From contig CM119371.1 in the NCBI GenBank assembly GCA_051294905.1, positions 30,754,001-30,818,000 of the forward strand: DNA of 64,000 nucleotides. The letters are read 5' to 3'. Shown piece after piece: positions 49,483 through 62,995 of this stretch (position 1 is its first letter; each line of letters opens with the position of its first letter). Under the pieces are notes generated by a model that saw only the letters and a list, made by a program, of their open reading frames with translations, did not search any database and was not told the origin of the DNA. A program made the translations under genes and the position numbers. Source of the DNA: Botryllus schlosseri. Its lineage: Eukaryota.

Positions 49483-50448
49483 TCTCGAAATTGTTTGTAT
49501 CGTAGATTTTGCACTGTGGGTATAAACTTATCATTGATATTGTACAGCTTGTAGCCCAATTTATCGGCCTACCGTTGCAGACAGTCCATTGCCTGCTCAC
49601 TGTGACTTATTTTGTGGGGAAACACCTGATATACATACGTTAGGTCTAAACATGGTCAAAATTATTTGTTTTTAGGTCAGAAAATGTCGAAATTTTAATG
49701 TTTTAGGTCAAAATCTTCCATTTTTGGGTCGCCCTACGGATACGTATATGCAACCTGCTGACCAAGTCGACTTTTTGAAATTACTTGCTTCAGTTGAATA
49801 CGTTTCAACCCTTTATTATCTACTTCCAATTGTGGTATTTTTGACATGTATAGGAAATCAGCACTTCTAATTTTACCCGAGTACCAGCGATAACTACTTT
49901 GACCACCTGTATATTATACTAATTGTTTTTAGATTCGACCCGAGTCGTTGAGACTTCTTCTTGATCTTCACTTTGGACAGCGGGGCAGTCAACCTACCCG
50001 CGAGTCAGTCCATGCAGACTTCAACGTATTACATTCCGTCCGGTGTCGCTGGAGCTGATTTATCCGGAGACTGGACCGGATTTTCCAGAGTTTACAGGCG
50101 GTCTTCGTCTATACACGCCGTCTCCGGACTTATGAGCGAAATGTAAATGTTTGCAGCTTAGATGCGAAGCTGTGCAGGTTTTAAATGGAATTCAGAATTC
50201 GGTTTATGTCATGTCCAAAAATCAATATGTAGGCTACATCCGATGTAAATCTATATTCAATTTAAACTAGACTCTCTGTTTATTACTGTTACGTGCAATA
50301 TGTGTGTGATGTAGGCTATACATTATAACGAAGTGTGTAATTTCGTTGTTTGAGTATTGATGAATATACGGCATGCATGCAATAAAATCAGTTTATCGCG
50401 ATAATTCAGAAGTACATCGTTTGGAGATGATATTTTGAATATATAGGC

Positions 50449-51480
50449 CAGGGGTCGGGAACCTTTTTCGTCAAAAGAGCCTAATTGGTCCAATATTTCC
50501 AGCTGTAATTCCCAAAGAGCCATATGACGATGCCAAGCAACTGCGACGTCACAATTGAATATCCGTGACGTCACGGGGGTACGATATCGAAGTTCACTAT
50601 ATAGGATTTGAGATCACTACACCCTCACCGGCACAAATCAAGCTGCTTGCCAACGATTTTATCATGTATTAACTTGACTTAGCTATGTAGGGGTCGGTAA
50701 CCCATTTGAAGCTATACATTTTATTTGCGTTTCCTTGAGAGCTATATGATTTTCTTCGAAATTTGAGGAATTTGAAAAGAGGTGGTTTCGAGCCCTGAAC
50801 CCCACATGGATAAGCCACTGTCTTCAACTCTCATATATTTGCCGATGTCATCATAAGAATGATGACTCGGCCGTTATGAAGATTTACAAAAAGAACAAGA
50901 TGCGAATCAAGTGCAAAATTGAAAATGTGTCCAAGAGCCATATCATATCATCAGAAGAGCCATGACCGTAACAGCACTTCGTCAGCCCCCTATATAATTC
51001 AGGATTCAATTGGTCAATTTGATCGCGAATTGCTTCTATATTTCTGTCAATTTTATATCCTCTGTCTGCTCATGTCATCTGATTTACCGGTGGAGCTGAG
51101 TGAGGTGTCTTGGAAAATGTACGGCCCGTAAATAATAATTAAACATATTCGGACGGACCCGGTTGTATAATGACTTCGTTACGTGATGGTATTCCGTGCC
51201 CCGTCTGCTATGTCAAAATATTGAAATCGCCCAAACGTACTTATCTAAAAGACGAACACGATTTCAAATTGGTATTTCTGCACTGGCATTAAATTACGCG
51301 CAGAGCGAGCTCAAAATTTTTGAAAAAGTTGCATAAATTTCGAAAAATACTCTTTATTTATGGTAATTCACGAAATAATTTTTGGCCCCCTTCGAGCTCG
51401 CCCCCCCCCCCATAATTGGAGGGTTGGGGTGCGGCAGTTACGGCCCTGAGAAGAGTCATAGGTTCAGGTTACAGACCCTG
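50449..51480. mobile_element. hAT MITE related to family B, with a nested element at 50961-51448
   Basis: Left CAGGGGTCGGGAACCT; AAGAGCCATA repeats; flanks ATATAGGC / ATATAGGA; nested ends CATGACCGTAAC / GTTACGGCCCTG flanked by AGAAGAGC / AGAAGAGT. Confidence 0.78.
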
Positions 51481-52643
51481 ATATAGGATAGCAATCTCCT
51501 ACTGATCTGGAGTATGATGTCTCAACAAACCAAGAATGCGACGGTAACTGTTGATAAATAATTTTATACTACAACTACAACACTTGCACTCATCGCCGTT
51601 CCAGGCATTTTTGGTCCCGGACATGTGTGGGCGACATTATGATATTGCGGAACGATGCGCCCTTTCGCTCAATCAATCAGTCACATCATTCGACTCATGA
51701 GATTATACCTGGATTGCTGTTTAAGAATTTCTATAAGTGATCCTGACCACTATAAGCATGAACATCCACTCGACTTGCATAAGTATACAAACTTTGCGCG
51801 GACCAGTAACGAACTCATTTTCTAGTACACATAGCGCAAGTTTGTGTTGCATACTTTCAAATGGTAACTCTATATCAAAATAGGCTATTATTCGATTCTC
51901 TTACCAGGCCAGATGAAACTTGAAATGTCTTTGACATTTAGCCATTACCAATATCAAACGCTCGAATAATGCTCATATTTATTAGCAAAAATAGGTACAT
52001 CAGTGCAAATTCTCTGTGCAGAGATATAAAAACTATCACACACCGCAAATCTAGAAGTCAGAAAATTGAAATATAGACTGTGTGTAGGTTAAAGTTGCAT
52101 GGCTACGAAAAATCAAGCAAGCGTAATTTTAGTCCTGTACCTAAATCCAGCGGATCTTGTAAGGGAGGCCGAGTCTACGTTCCATGGGGCGGCGAAGAAA
52201 TTACGGGTCCGCAGCAGATGGAAGCGATGGATCTAACTCATAGGGCAACTGGCTAAGGTACAGTATGTGCCTTTCCAGATTATGATGCCTCTGGTAAAAT
52301 GGTAGTATAAGTATCCGAGATTTAAAGACATGCCTCCATGGATAACCCGGACATGGCGTTATGCTTACGGCAGTTTGCGTTTGCCGGAGTAACGAATGCA
52401 ATCTATATTGTATTACGGGCGGAACAGGTTTGCGCAGGAAAACTAATACATTGCATCGTTCATATTCTGTTATTCTCCGTTCTTTCTGCCTTAGTATATG
52501 TAGCCAGCATATTATAATGATCGTGGCGAGCCCTGTCAGCAGTGTTCGAAGCAGTCAACAATCGTGGCATGCAATGGCAATTTACAAAGTTTACTCAAGC
52601 GAAACATCTCAGCTGACAGACGGTTTGCTATAGGGTTTTCTCT

Positions 52644-54182
52644 CTATCGCTTCTCTAGCTTGTCCACACGATGCGTCAGCTTTTCCATCTGTTTACCCAT
52701 TCTGCGGAGATTGCTGAATATAATGATATTCGTGCAAGCGCTGCATTCTTTCACCAGGGGATATTTACAGACAGTTTCGTGTATAAAGTCGGCAGAAAGG
52801 TTCTCAAGGTGTAAAGCTTCAAGTAAGTCTGGAAAGTGTTTCGCTCGGTTGTCCTTGTCATGCTCAATCCATCGCGTTGCCGCGACCCATATTTCTTCTT
52901 CTGGACAGCCCTCCGCTAACGATATATATTTAGTAACGTCCTCGACGGGCAAACTCGTGAACATATCAGATTTCGAAAAGTGTATAAAGTGCACCGCGAC
53001 AAATATGTTCAGAGCTGCCAATACGTTGTAACATTGATACTGCTCGGCTAGATTCTTGATGTAATGGACTTCATTTTCGGTGACCAGCCACCCTAAATTG
53101 CTGTTCAAACACCGTATCGTCGTCAAGAACCTAGTGTCCGCGCACCAGTCCGAATCCTCGTGAAATATGCGCGGGAAAGCTTCCTGCCTTGCCGGTACAT
53201 GCTTCAACCACGCAATCAGACCCGAAAACTGTTCCGGCGAGCATTCCTTGTCGATTCCTTCGATGTAGCGCCGCAGATCCTCTTCCTCAACACGAACGAA
53301 ATCTGGGTGCGTGAAAAGAACACGGTGCCTAGTGATGATGTACTCGTCCACGACTCCTTCCATCGCGTGTTTGTATCTCTTCGCCAGTTGCTTCACAAAC
53401 AAACAGTTTTGGATAGACAGCGTGTTTCTGTTGGTTCTCGCGTCAAGCATTTCGTGGGCCGAATAGACTCGACACAGACTGCACTCTGAAACGTGAAGAT
53501 CCTGCCAAACCAAGTTGCGAAAGTTTATCCAATCGAAGTTGCCTACTGGGAAGTTCTGTATGACTTCGCACATCGAAAACTCTTCGTCGTCTTTGGGTTT
53601 GCTGCGGCTCCAAGTCCTGCAGAGTCGCCACATATCTCTGGTGTTTGGAACGAGTTCAATATTCTCGCTGAACGTATGTAATATATCGATCATGTCGTCT
53701 TTGCTTAACTCACTTATTTCTTCCTCATTTACCAAACTGGCCGCTTCGCGTATGATCACGACGTTGCATTTCTGCGCCAGTTCCGGTATCTCGTACACTG
53801 TCGCCAATCTCCTAAACAACACGGACTGTTCTTCGTTCAAATTACCGGCCAGAAACTCCTTGCATTGCGCTACTCCGGCTTGTAGCTGCCACATGTCGCA
53901 GACCTGTAAGACCTCCACGACATTCTCAATGTCCAGCATCAAGTCCTCGCCGTACATGAAGTCGATCGCTAGTTTCACGCCGTTTGTAGTCAGTCCGTTG
54001 GCCTCGCACGATTGTTCGTTTTTTTCTTTCATTTCGCTGGAAAACATGCATCGGAAATACTCGGACGCGCTGTCCAAAACCAGGCGATGAACGGGTATTT
54101 CCTCCCCTTCGACAACCACTTTGAAATCGCATAATTTCCCCTCCTTTCGGCGCTCGTTCATCAATTTGAATTGCTCATTCAT
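52644..54182 (-). CDS. Intronless BTB/POZ protein with three BACK-like repeats (KLHL-like N-terminus, no Kelch repeats), 512 aa
   Basis: N-terminal LCDFKVVVEGEEIPVHRLVLDSASEYFRCMFSSEMKE...AIDFMYGEDLMLDIENVVEVLQVCDMWQL is a typical BTB; BACK motifs include EEEIWVAATRWIEHDKDNRAKHFPDLLEALHL; AAAATG start with an in-frame stop just upstream. Confidence 0.9.
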   Translation of the reverse strand: MNEQFKLMNERRKEGKLCDFKVVVEGEEIPVHRLVLDSASEYFRCMFSSEMKEKNEQSCEANGLTTNGVKLAIDFMYGEDLMLDIENVVEVLQVCDMWQLQAGVAQCKEFLAGNLNEEQSVLFRRLATVYEIPELAQKCNVVIIREAASLVNEEEISELSKDDMIDILHTFSENIELVPNTRDMWRLCRTWSRSKPKDDEEFSMCEVIQNFPVGNFDWINFRNLVWQDLHVSECSLCRVYSAHEMLDARTNRNTLSIQNCLFVKQLAKRYKHAMEGVVDEYIITRHRVLFTHPDFVRVEEEDLRRYIEGIDKECSPEQFSGLIAWLKHVPARQEAFPRIFHEDSDWCADTRFLTTIRCLNSNLGWLVTENEVHYIKNLAEQYQCYNVLAALNIFVAVHFIHFSKSDMFTSLPVEDVTKYISLAEGCPEEEIWVAATRWIEHDKDNRAKHFPDLLEALHLENLSADFIHETVCKYPLVKECSACTNIIIFSNLRRMGKQMEKLTHRVDKLEKR

Positions 54183-57100
54183 TTTGGCTTATCCGTTCTG
54201 TTTGGTATGTTCTGTCGTAATCAGGTGCCCCACTACTTGTGGCGATTTTAGTGATATAAACAAGGCATTTCGATCGAAATAATACCTGTTGAAGAACGTA
54301 TTGAAGTATAGGTGGTGAGAAGTTATTACACTAAAACACTTGAGTATGCGCGAATATCCATTGCGACGTAGATAAATCGGTAGTATAATGCTACGGTATA
54401 AAACGTAATTAGTGTAAAGCTTAGTTTGTTACGCTGGGGACGTAAATTTACGAGCTTTTGCTGTACTGCTACTGTGTGCTAGGTCAATCCAGATGGGTAT
54501 TGCATGAGACGTGTAAGGTGTGAGAATACGGTATGGTATATTTTAATACCGTAAAATCGTAATATAGTAGGTAACGAAAGATTTTGTGGTAATGATTATG
54601 ACTAAGTTTTCTCCCACCGTACGTACACATTTTCACATGAGTCTGAATAATAGTTTTAGATATAGGATATGTGTTATATTAGCCTTTACTTAACAGTAAT
54701 GATTAGTCGATTGACATTGAGCCGTACGTATGTGTACGTGATAGCATTGCTATTGCTATTGCTATCATAGCAATGGTACTTGAAGATAGTGACTACAGAT
54801 ATAACGTGTCAACGCGCAGCGAATATTACGTAATTGTTTTGAAACAGATCAAGGCAGAAGTGGACTTCCATTGTTCTCATACCATTGTCGATCATTTGTT
54901 TCATCTATCAATACCATATCACACTAAATGGACAAGTATTCACTAATGACGTACTGGATAGCAATGTAGGAACAATGGAACATGTCTACACGTGCATGAG
55001 AGTTGATGGCGGTGTATTTTCGTTGGAGTTTGTCAATGTGGTAGTGGTCAAACAGCACCGTCTCCTTAAAAATATCAGCCCTGTCGCAGGATATCGAGGT
55101 ATTACCTGAAATATATCTCTGGTAGTAAAACAGGTGCAGTTACGGTAAAACATAAACGCTACACCACGCTCATGTTTTGTAATTAAGTTTACCAGGTAAC
55201 TAAGTTAAAAGTAGATGTTCTACAAAAACATGATTGGGCAGAAATGAGAATTCAGATCGATTTGTTGTAGCGGTAGCCCTACAGACTATCTGCGGACTGA
55301 CACCATGCACTCCATCCGTTACGTTTGTGACACTATTGTAGGTCCCGTCGCTCTTACTTTAATATGCGGTTTCCTGTTAACAATTCAGGTCCTGGAATGT
55401 AAGATCATACCAACTATGTGCTATATCGCTATACATTTCTATTTCTCAATAATGCCGCCGCAGTTAAGGTGTCATTACAATCGCGATGACAGGCTGGATA
55501 CAACGAACCAGGGGTATCTAGAACTTTTCTGGTTAGGCTTCACTAAACTGGCCTCACTGATAACCCAAAATTTTCCACTTTAGAATCAATGAGAGTTACG
55601 GTAACACAGGGCAAAGGTAGGATAAACAGCGGATATGATTTTATCGGTACTACTATCATCAAAACTATATTCTAATCAGTAATAATCATCTGATTTCTGT
55701 ACCGACTGCTCAAGTGCTTAATCGTTGCCTACTGCACTGACGATCGGCCGGCTGAATATCAAACTCACACCATGCCCACATCACAAATAGCTTACGGTAC
55801 TCAATCGTTTCCAATACGTAAAGATTGTTTTGTTGAAGCCTTTGTTGTTTGCTTTGGTCCCGGAGAGCGTAATTCTTCAAGCAAAAGAAATCCGACGCTA
55901 CGAGCTTTTGTTTGCGTAAAGACATAGTGAGTTAGCCTACGCTACGTTTATGTCAATATTGGATACTATACCACGTTACTATGCCTCGTGTGATCAAAAC
56001 ATAGCGTAAGATAAATATAACGGGTGATATGGTGTATCCCAGCACCAGCGGTCATGGACCTATTAAGCTACTAGCAGTACCGCAGTGCATTTGTGCTATA
56101 CCGAAAGTTCATTAGAACTGCTGATTTGAGAGGCTATGGAAAGGCCATTATTATTTTGCAAGCCATAGTTATACACAACCTATGTTACACTTACACACTA
56201 TCATAGATACTTTTATGGTATATGTAGGTAGAAGCAATATCTCAAAAACTAGAGCCAATTCTGCAAAATTAAAAGCATTCTCGGACTCAGAGCCTCTGAT
56301 ATAGACATAAAACGATCTAACATATCATGTCTTTTTAAAATTTGTTTTGTTGGCCTGTGTTTTATCAGTGGATGACATCATCAAGATTGATATAAAGGAT
56401 GCAACGTCGTCTAATGTAAAAAGTTTGGCGGGCATACGGGATCTATCTTGATTTTATATGTGCAAGTGCATTGTAGGCTATCAAAAAAAAAACTAATTCC
56501 TTCTGGGATGTTGATTACTGTATAACTCAATTTTGAGGTAATATCTGTAGAAAGTTTAGAAACCGATATTTCACTCTGATCAATATCAATGTAGCAAAGT
56601 CTGACGCCTTACGAATACATTTAGCCCAGACCAAGGAGCTCAAATTCAAATGTGTTCGCGCGCCAATTTCCTAGTTTTTGATGACGCCGCGGGCGGCGGG
56701 CCGCAGCATCAAATAGGGGTAATATATGTATTCCAAGTAGGCCTTATTTGACGGACCTTGTGTACTGGCATTCCATACACATCGTGAAAATGCGATTTAC
56801 TGTTATAAAATTTACGGTCGTCAAGAAAAAGTTTTAGTTTTGAATATTTGAATATAATCGTTGTCGTATAGTTGGCATGATTTGTTAGTTACTTGTTAGG
56901 TAGTGACATCATTGGTCATTAGATAATATCGCCAATTAAAGGCGAGTATGGGTACGCTCCGCAGCTTTAACACCAATGGATTCTTCGGCGTTTGGCTATT
57001 TATATTACAATGACACAATTATTATACTTATGTTGTTATTGTTCTGATTCAATATTCGAACGTTGATTTCATTTGACTTTGGCAATGAAATAATGAATAA

Positions 57101-57224
57101 ATTACTTACAAGGAGTATGCCCGAAACCAGGATAGGATAGGCTACACTACTGCTCACTGCATCGGTTTTACAGATGTGGAGCATGATGGGGGGGGGGGGA
57201 TATTAGCGTTACGTGTGTGAGGTT

Positions 57225-57440
57225 ATTAGGGATGCTGGTTGGGGTTGGGGTTAGGGTATCCAAAGATTAGGGTTGTGGGTGCGGGAAATTAGGGTAGTAA
57301 GTGAGTTAGGGTATCAAAAGATTACGGTGGGTGGTATTAGGGTTCGGGTATCCTAAGATTAGGGCTGGAAGTATCGTATCACTCACCCCAATCCTAATAA
57401 ACGCTACCCGTAACCCTAATCCACCTTCAACCCTACCCAG
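57225..57440. repeat. Degenerate TTAGGG-rich tract followed by a CCCTAA-like tract
   Basis: Several dispersed TTAGGG at 57226-57364, then ATCCTAAT / ACCCTAAT / ACCCTACC at ~57385-57440. Confidence 0.5.
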
Positions 57441-57742
57441 CAAACACCCGATATCCCATGGATTTACTGGTATGTCCACAATTGTTCCAACTCGTCCCAC
57501 CTCCCAAGGTTAGTTACTGAGGACTTGCTCAGTTTGTCACAAATTGGACGTCCAGTTATGTAACTCCAGGTGACTTCCGGTGGAAGAAATTTTTAGAATC
57601 TTCCTATTCCCGTCACCAATGAATATTCCAAAGGATGTCATGGTAGTCAGTCACCTGGATGCCACGTACATGGGAGTTCATCAGGATACCCCTACTTGGA
57701 TATCGTTTTCATGGAGTCCAGCTGGCTTGTTCAAAATAAAGA

Positions 57743-57764
57743 CTCTCTCTCTCTCTCTCTCTCT
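57743..57764. repeat. (CT)n microsatellite
   Basis: About 11 CT units. Confidence 0.9.
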
Positions 57765-60700
57765 GTTCAAAATGGCATGTTATCCTTATTCATCCCCACG
57801 TGGGATGCACATGCACATCTCGCGGACGAAATCGTAAGACATATAGGCTATATAGCCATTTATTGGTGTACTGTTTTTTTAAAATATATCGCAATCCTGC
57901 TTTGTATTGATTTAATGAAATTGTTAATAAGCTGAACTATAGGCCTAAAGAGGCATATAGCAGGACCCAGGCGTGCACCTGCACCTGCACAACTGCACAG
58001 TGCACATCATGGCGAAATAAGTGTTCTGAATATGTATACTATCCCAATATGGTGAAATACAAGAACAAATGTGAGCATCAAGGTGAAATTGTGATGCATG
58101 TGGCGGCATCACAACGTGATTCAGTAAGCATGATACGCCATGACCAATTGACCATTCGTAGCACACAACACGTCAAGTCTGGTATCTCAACAATCGCGGC
58201 CCAGACAGCCTTCTTCCTTCTCCGTCACGTGATACCTGCTCAGTGCAGCGCGACGGCGCGTGCTTCTGGCATTTGAATCTGAGTTGATGTCTGTGTGACT
58301 GATGCGACGAGTTTCTTAGAGATAATGGACGCAGACAAAACAGTCATTAGTCATTGATTAGATTGAGAAGCTGTACGAAGCGAAAGCTGAAGACTTGCTG
58401 TCTGTTGTTAGTGTTGTTGATTCAGAAACTCTACCCGAACCGCTCCGACAGTGAAACAGTTTGAAATGGTAAGAGTTCTAATTAATAATGATATAGAATG
58501 ATGCGTAAATAGACTTAACCACCGTATACACTTCTTGTGAGCGTAATTTAGCTTCTCCTTTTTCGTTGATAGTTTGTGTTCAATATCGATATATGGTAGA
58601 ACACTCATTGTTTGTTAAGCCTCGTTATTTCTTGGAATGCAGATACGCCATACTGTGAAGTGTGAACACGCTGCAGTATGATTGAAACGCCATAAACACC
58701 TATTTGCTGATTCATTTCAATAGCAATGTTATGCTGGTCGGTAGACTGAATGTTCCTCAAGATAGTGATAAAAATATCTCATGTATTTGCGCGGTCATAC
58801 CATAGTAATTTATGTAATAAGGCATTTATATATTACTTGATCACTGGCTAACTCTATATGGATTGTACTAGTTTGGTTGCGCCTGAGACTGATTGCCGCC
58901 ATTGTGAATTATTCCCAATTAACAACTCTTGCTGAAAGTATATTCTGCTGACTTTTCCTTCAAAAACCTGATAAAATGAGTACATTTGATGAAAAGTATG
59001 TCCCAATACAACCTATATGAGTAATTGATTATGAACAAGTGCAAGTTATACTTTGATAGGATACCATGATTGATTATTATGTAGTTCATTATTAATGACT
59101 ATGCCCTATGCCCCTTTGTAGTACATGATACGCTCTTGCCGTGGCCAAATTCACCCTGTATATATAGCCGCACCCCAGACTGGAATCGGTGGTTGTTTTC
59201 GACAACATGTTGTGCGTGACAGACACATTTCTCGCGTGATTGAAAAATTTCATTCGCGTGGCGGAAATATTTTTCGCTCTGATTCGATACTGAATTACTT
59301 GTTAACAACAATATGTGCTGAAATAGACCTGGTATACACCGGACTAAAGTTACACCGTATATTCGCTGTTGCGCAAATGCCACGGTTGCTTGCGTTCATT
59401 GTAAAGCGTAAGCGCCTTATTCTGCATCTGGACTATGATATCGCTTTGTGACGTCAGCATAATTCATTAATCGGCGTGATCAGATATAAATGCTCGCGTG
59501 ACAACTGATGTTAATATACAAGCATATTGTCTAAACGTGATAGAAGGCATTATTTAAGATTATGTTGACTCCCTCTTCAGGTTGAGGAAATGCATGTGCC
59601 GCAATCAAACCCTCAACTCAGAGCCGCGGTCTGGCCTATATCGCCCAGCGAATCTCGGCTATCAAAATGAATTATCGAATTACCATTGATGACGTAATCA
59701 TATTCTGGGTGATTCACAGTAGCCAATATTCTCGCCAACAGTAACCTGATAGTTGATCAGTGTGTAAATGTACTATAGGCAGCATGCTTGCACCCGCATC
59801 GGTTTGTTTTTGTTTTTCGTACTGTCAGATGACTTGAATACAACCATTCTGATTTTTTACCTAGATATCAGCAATGTCCGCCGTTGGTGATGAGCACGTC
59901 AAGCAGACTGCACGAAGAATGCATTATAAAGTGGGTAGTGTACTGTCAACATAATGAAGTACTAAAATACAGCATGGGCTTCAACTCGACAAAAAAGTGC
60001 ACGGAACAAGTGGTGCCCGTATAATATCATTTTCTGTAAGTTGAATGGTAGGCCTACCTATCATATGCGAAAATCAATGTTCAAAATCAGAATCTATTTT
60101 CAGGCACCGGATGCGAAATCCATTCATCAACAATGCGAAGTGTGGCGCCAGACCCAGGCATGAAAGTTGGAGAGCAAACGATGGTAAAATAAATAGCTTG
60201 GATACAATTTGCAAAAACCGAAGGTGGTTAAAGAATTTAGTGTTGGTACTCAATCAGTCGTAGCATCATATCATACATTTCTGCTCAAGTTCAAGTAGCA
60301 GTAGTGAGCGATTGCTCAAGTGGAAATAGAAAATTGAGAAAATTGCACGAGCATCAAGAAGTAGATTAGCCTGAATTGTGGAATTCTTTAGAGTGTAATC
60401 GTAAGTGGCCATTTCCGAATATAGGTATAGTCAAGGTGAAAGTAATATCCTAAATTTCTGTTGAAACTACAAGCGGAAATAAAAAATTGCGTTGATAAGT
60501 CTTCAAGAAATTTTGAGAAGTAAATTTGGTCAAGGTTTTACCATGATCTTGCCACGAAATCGTGACTATTTCTGAATATAGGCAGTCAACGTATATCCAT
60601 GTTGACTAGCGCGTATCTTTATGTTGAAGATGATCAGCACTGGAACCCAAGCAAAGCATCAAATTTCTAATCGAGTGTATGTAGAGATCTATAAGGCATG

Positions 60701-60783
60701 TAAAAGCTGCTTCCAGTACAAGCAGAAAATTGAGTTCAAAAGAAATCTTGTTATTTGTTTCATAGAGTAGACTTGATCTCGGT

Positions 60784-61430
60784 CAGGAGTAGCCAACCCG
60801 TGGCTCGCGAGAAGGTTTTCAGTGGCCCGCGAGTTGATTATCGAAATAAATTGGAATATCAAAAAATAAATTAGGCAGGTAATTTATTGTGAGCTTGCAA
60901 GACCAACGAAAATTTTTATTGTCCTAACCGCAAACTTTGAGATGTTGATGACGAAAATATCAGTTCCGACGCATTGGCGTAGCCAGGGGCCATCCACATT
61001 TTCGTATATGAACATAAAGTAGAATATTTTGTCGCAGATTTATTTGACTTGATATTTTTCTTAGCTCTTCGCGCGATTTATTGTCACTCGATTTCTAGCT
61101 TTTATAGTATTGTTTCCCTCTCATGAAAATTAAATATGCGCCCAATCTACGGAATTGAGCTCAACTATATTCGCAATTATGTGAGAACTTGTTGTCCTAC
61201 ATGCGACTTCGCGCCTGCACTCGCTGAAAAATAGTCGTTGATGAAACCTTTGCGCAAAATGATAGACACATGTTCACTGAAATCTTCGATTATTCGTGTC
61301 TTGGTCAATTAAGCCCTGCGGTACACAGATCTGGTCAATTGAGCCCAGCGGTATACAGAGGTGACCCACAATATATGCAACATTATTATTGCCAGAATTC
61401 ATTCATTAACTTTAAAAAAATTTCGCGATT
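60784..61430. mobile_element. Truncated hAT MITE related to 62996-63668
   Basis: Left end CAGGAGTAGCCAACCCGTGGCTCGCG; internal similarity (CTTGCAAGACCAAC, AAAATATCAGTTCCGACGCATTGGC); right end not found. Confidence 0.6.
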
Positions 61431-61549
61431 TCGGATCATATAGGTTCTATTCTAGCTGCACCTATATTCACAAACAATGGAATTGTCAATAATATGGTGA
61501 TTTGGCGGCAAAATACTGTAAAAATCAATAAAACAGTAGCTCTTCTAAC

Positions 61550-62794
61550 TAGAGCCCGACCGATATTGGATTTCTGAGCCGATACCGATAACACCGATAT
61601 CCAGTACCTCCACCGATAACCTCGATATATTCAGCCGATATTCAAAATGTATGGAATCTAGCTCAAGGCCCATATTTAACACCTCAGAGCATTTATTTCA
61701 ACAACTTTACAGCCATTGATATGCTTGAACATGAAATAAATGATCTAGGGGCTATAAAAATATATCAAAAGCACCAATCCAGCAGTTGCAGATTACAGTT
61801 CACGAAGCACAATTTCTCGGCGCTTTCTCCAAGGAGTGAACTTCTGTGGTCTTTCATAAATGATGTATATAGTACTAAACACAGTGAGCAGTCTTTCACT
61901 TGGTACCTAGTGGCACAGCAAGGATTGGAAATCTTTCTTCATTTCGGTTCCACCGCTCCCTTGCAGGGGATCTTTCCTTCAATGGTTTCACCAAATATTG
62001 ATATTCTTCTGGCAGAGCACCTGGAGCCTTCAGCACATCATCAACAAATAGCTGAAGAGAAAGTTGAAAGCAACTCAAATTGTCCATGTCTGCAACTGCT
62101 CCACCCATCCCCCTTGGGCCTTGACCATGACCAGCATTTCAACAATCAATTGATCAATATTTTACGCTCTCTTGTCAGAATTGGCCAATGTCATCATGGA
62201 ATCAAAAATGTTCGGATCTGTTATTGGCTTTACTCCACCTTTGCTTGATTTTCTTGCCCTCTATGCTCGCATATTTCCTATCATGGTGGCCCCGCAGGTC
62301 TCAGCCCTCAGTCAGAGTGTCAGACGACTTCATACATTACTGGTATAATTAGCTCTGTTGGTACCGAACCAATAGCACTATCTTCAGAGAAACGTTTCGA
62401 CGCGACGCTTTTCTCTATCATCACGAGGGCCAGTCCAGCATGATTGAAGTTCTCATTTCTCTTACTGATTGAAATCTTCTGCAGACAAGAGACTCCCACG
62501 AAGGGGATTCCCACGAAGTCAGCGGGGCATAACGGTGATTAGTTATCTACAATATTTTTCAGATAGGAACGCCTACTGCCCTCTATGCAGCATGCACTAT
62601 ATGCAGCTTGGCCATTTATTTTTATAATTTACCACCCTCACGTCTTCTATCGACTTCTCTGACTCCCTGCCACCATGTTGTGACGTCACGAAAAAGGCCG
62701 ATATTTTTTACCTTCAATGGTCGATACCGATATTTCTCTCCAAGCGTGATATCGACTCGATATTATCGGCGAGCCGATAATCGGTCGGGCTCTA
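61550..62794 (-). mobile_element. Non-autonomous hAT (Ac-type, TAG termini) with transposase remnant
   Basis: TIR TAGAGCCCGACCGA / TCGGTCGGGCTCTA; CCGATA subterminal repeats; perfect TSD CTTCTAAC; minus-strand EEYQYLVKPL...RWNRNEERFPILA resembles the hAT dimerization domain. Confidence 0.9.
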
Positions 62795-62995
62795 CTTCTA
62801 ACAATGATGTAAGTCGGTATTTTTCTATGCTACCTATAATTTACTCGAACACTGCGGCAAACCTGGGTATGTGTTGAGGTAGACAAAGTATGTTGCTGTA
62901 AACGCGAACATTGAAATTTTCTTCATCGTCTTAAATAGTGATTCAGGTTTCCCTCAAGGCCAGGGATCATTTGAGTCTTTTGTGATGCACTAGTG

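Noticed and set aside
52564..54090. Plus-strand ORFs of 155, 109 and 191 aa
   Set aside because: Antisense shadows of the BTB-BACK CDS with no recognisable motifs.
61721..62248. 175-aa plus-strand ORF
   Set aside because: It lies inside a hAT element, antisense to the transposase remnant, with no recognisable domain.
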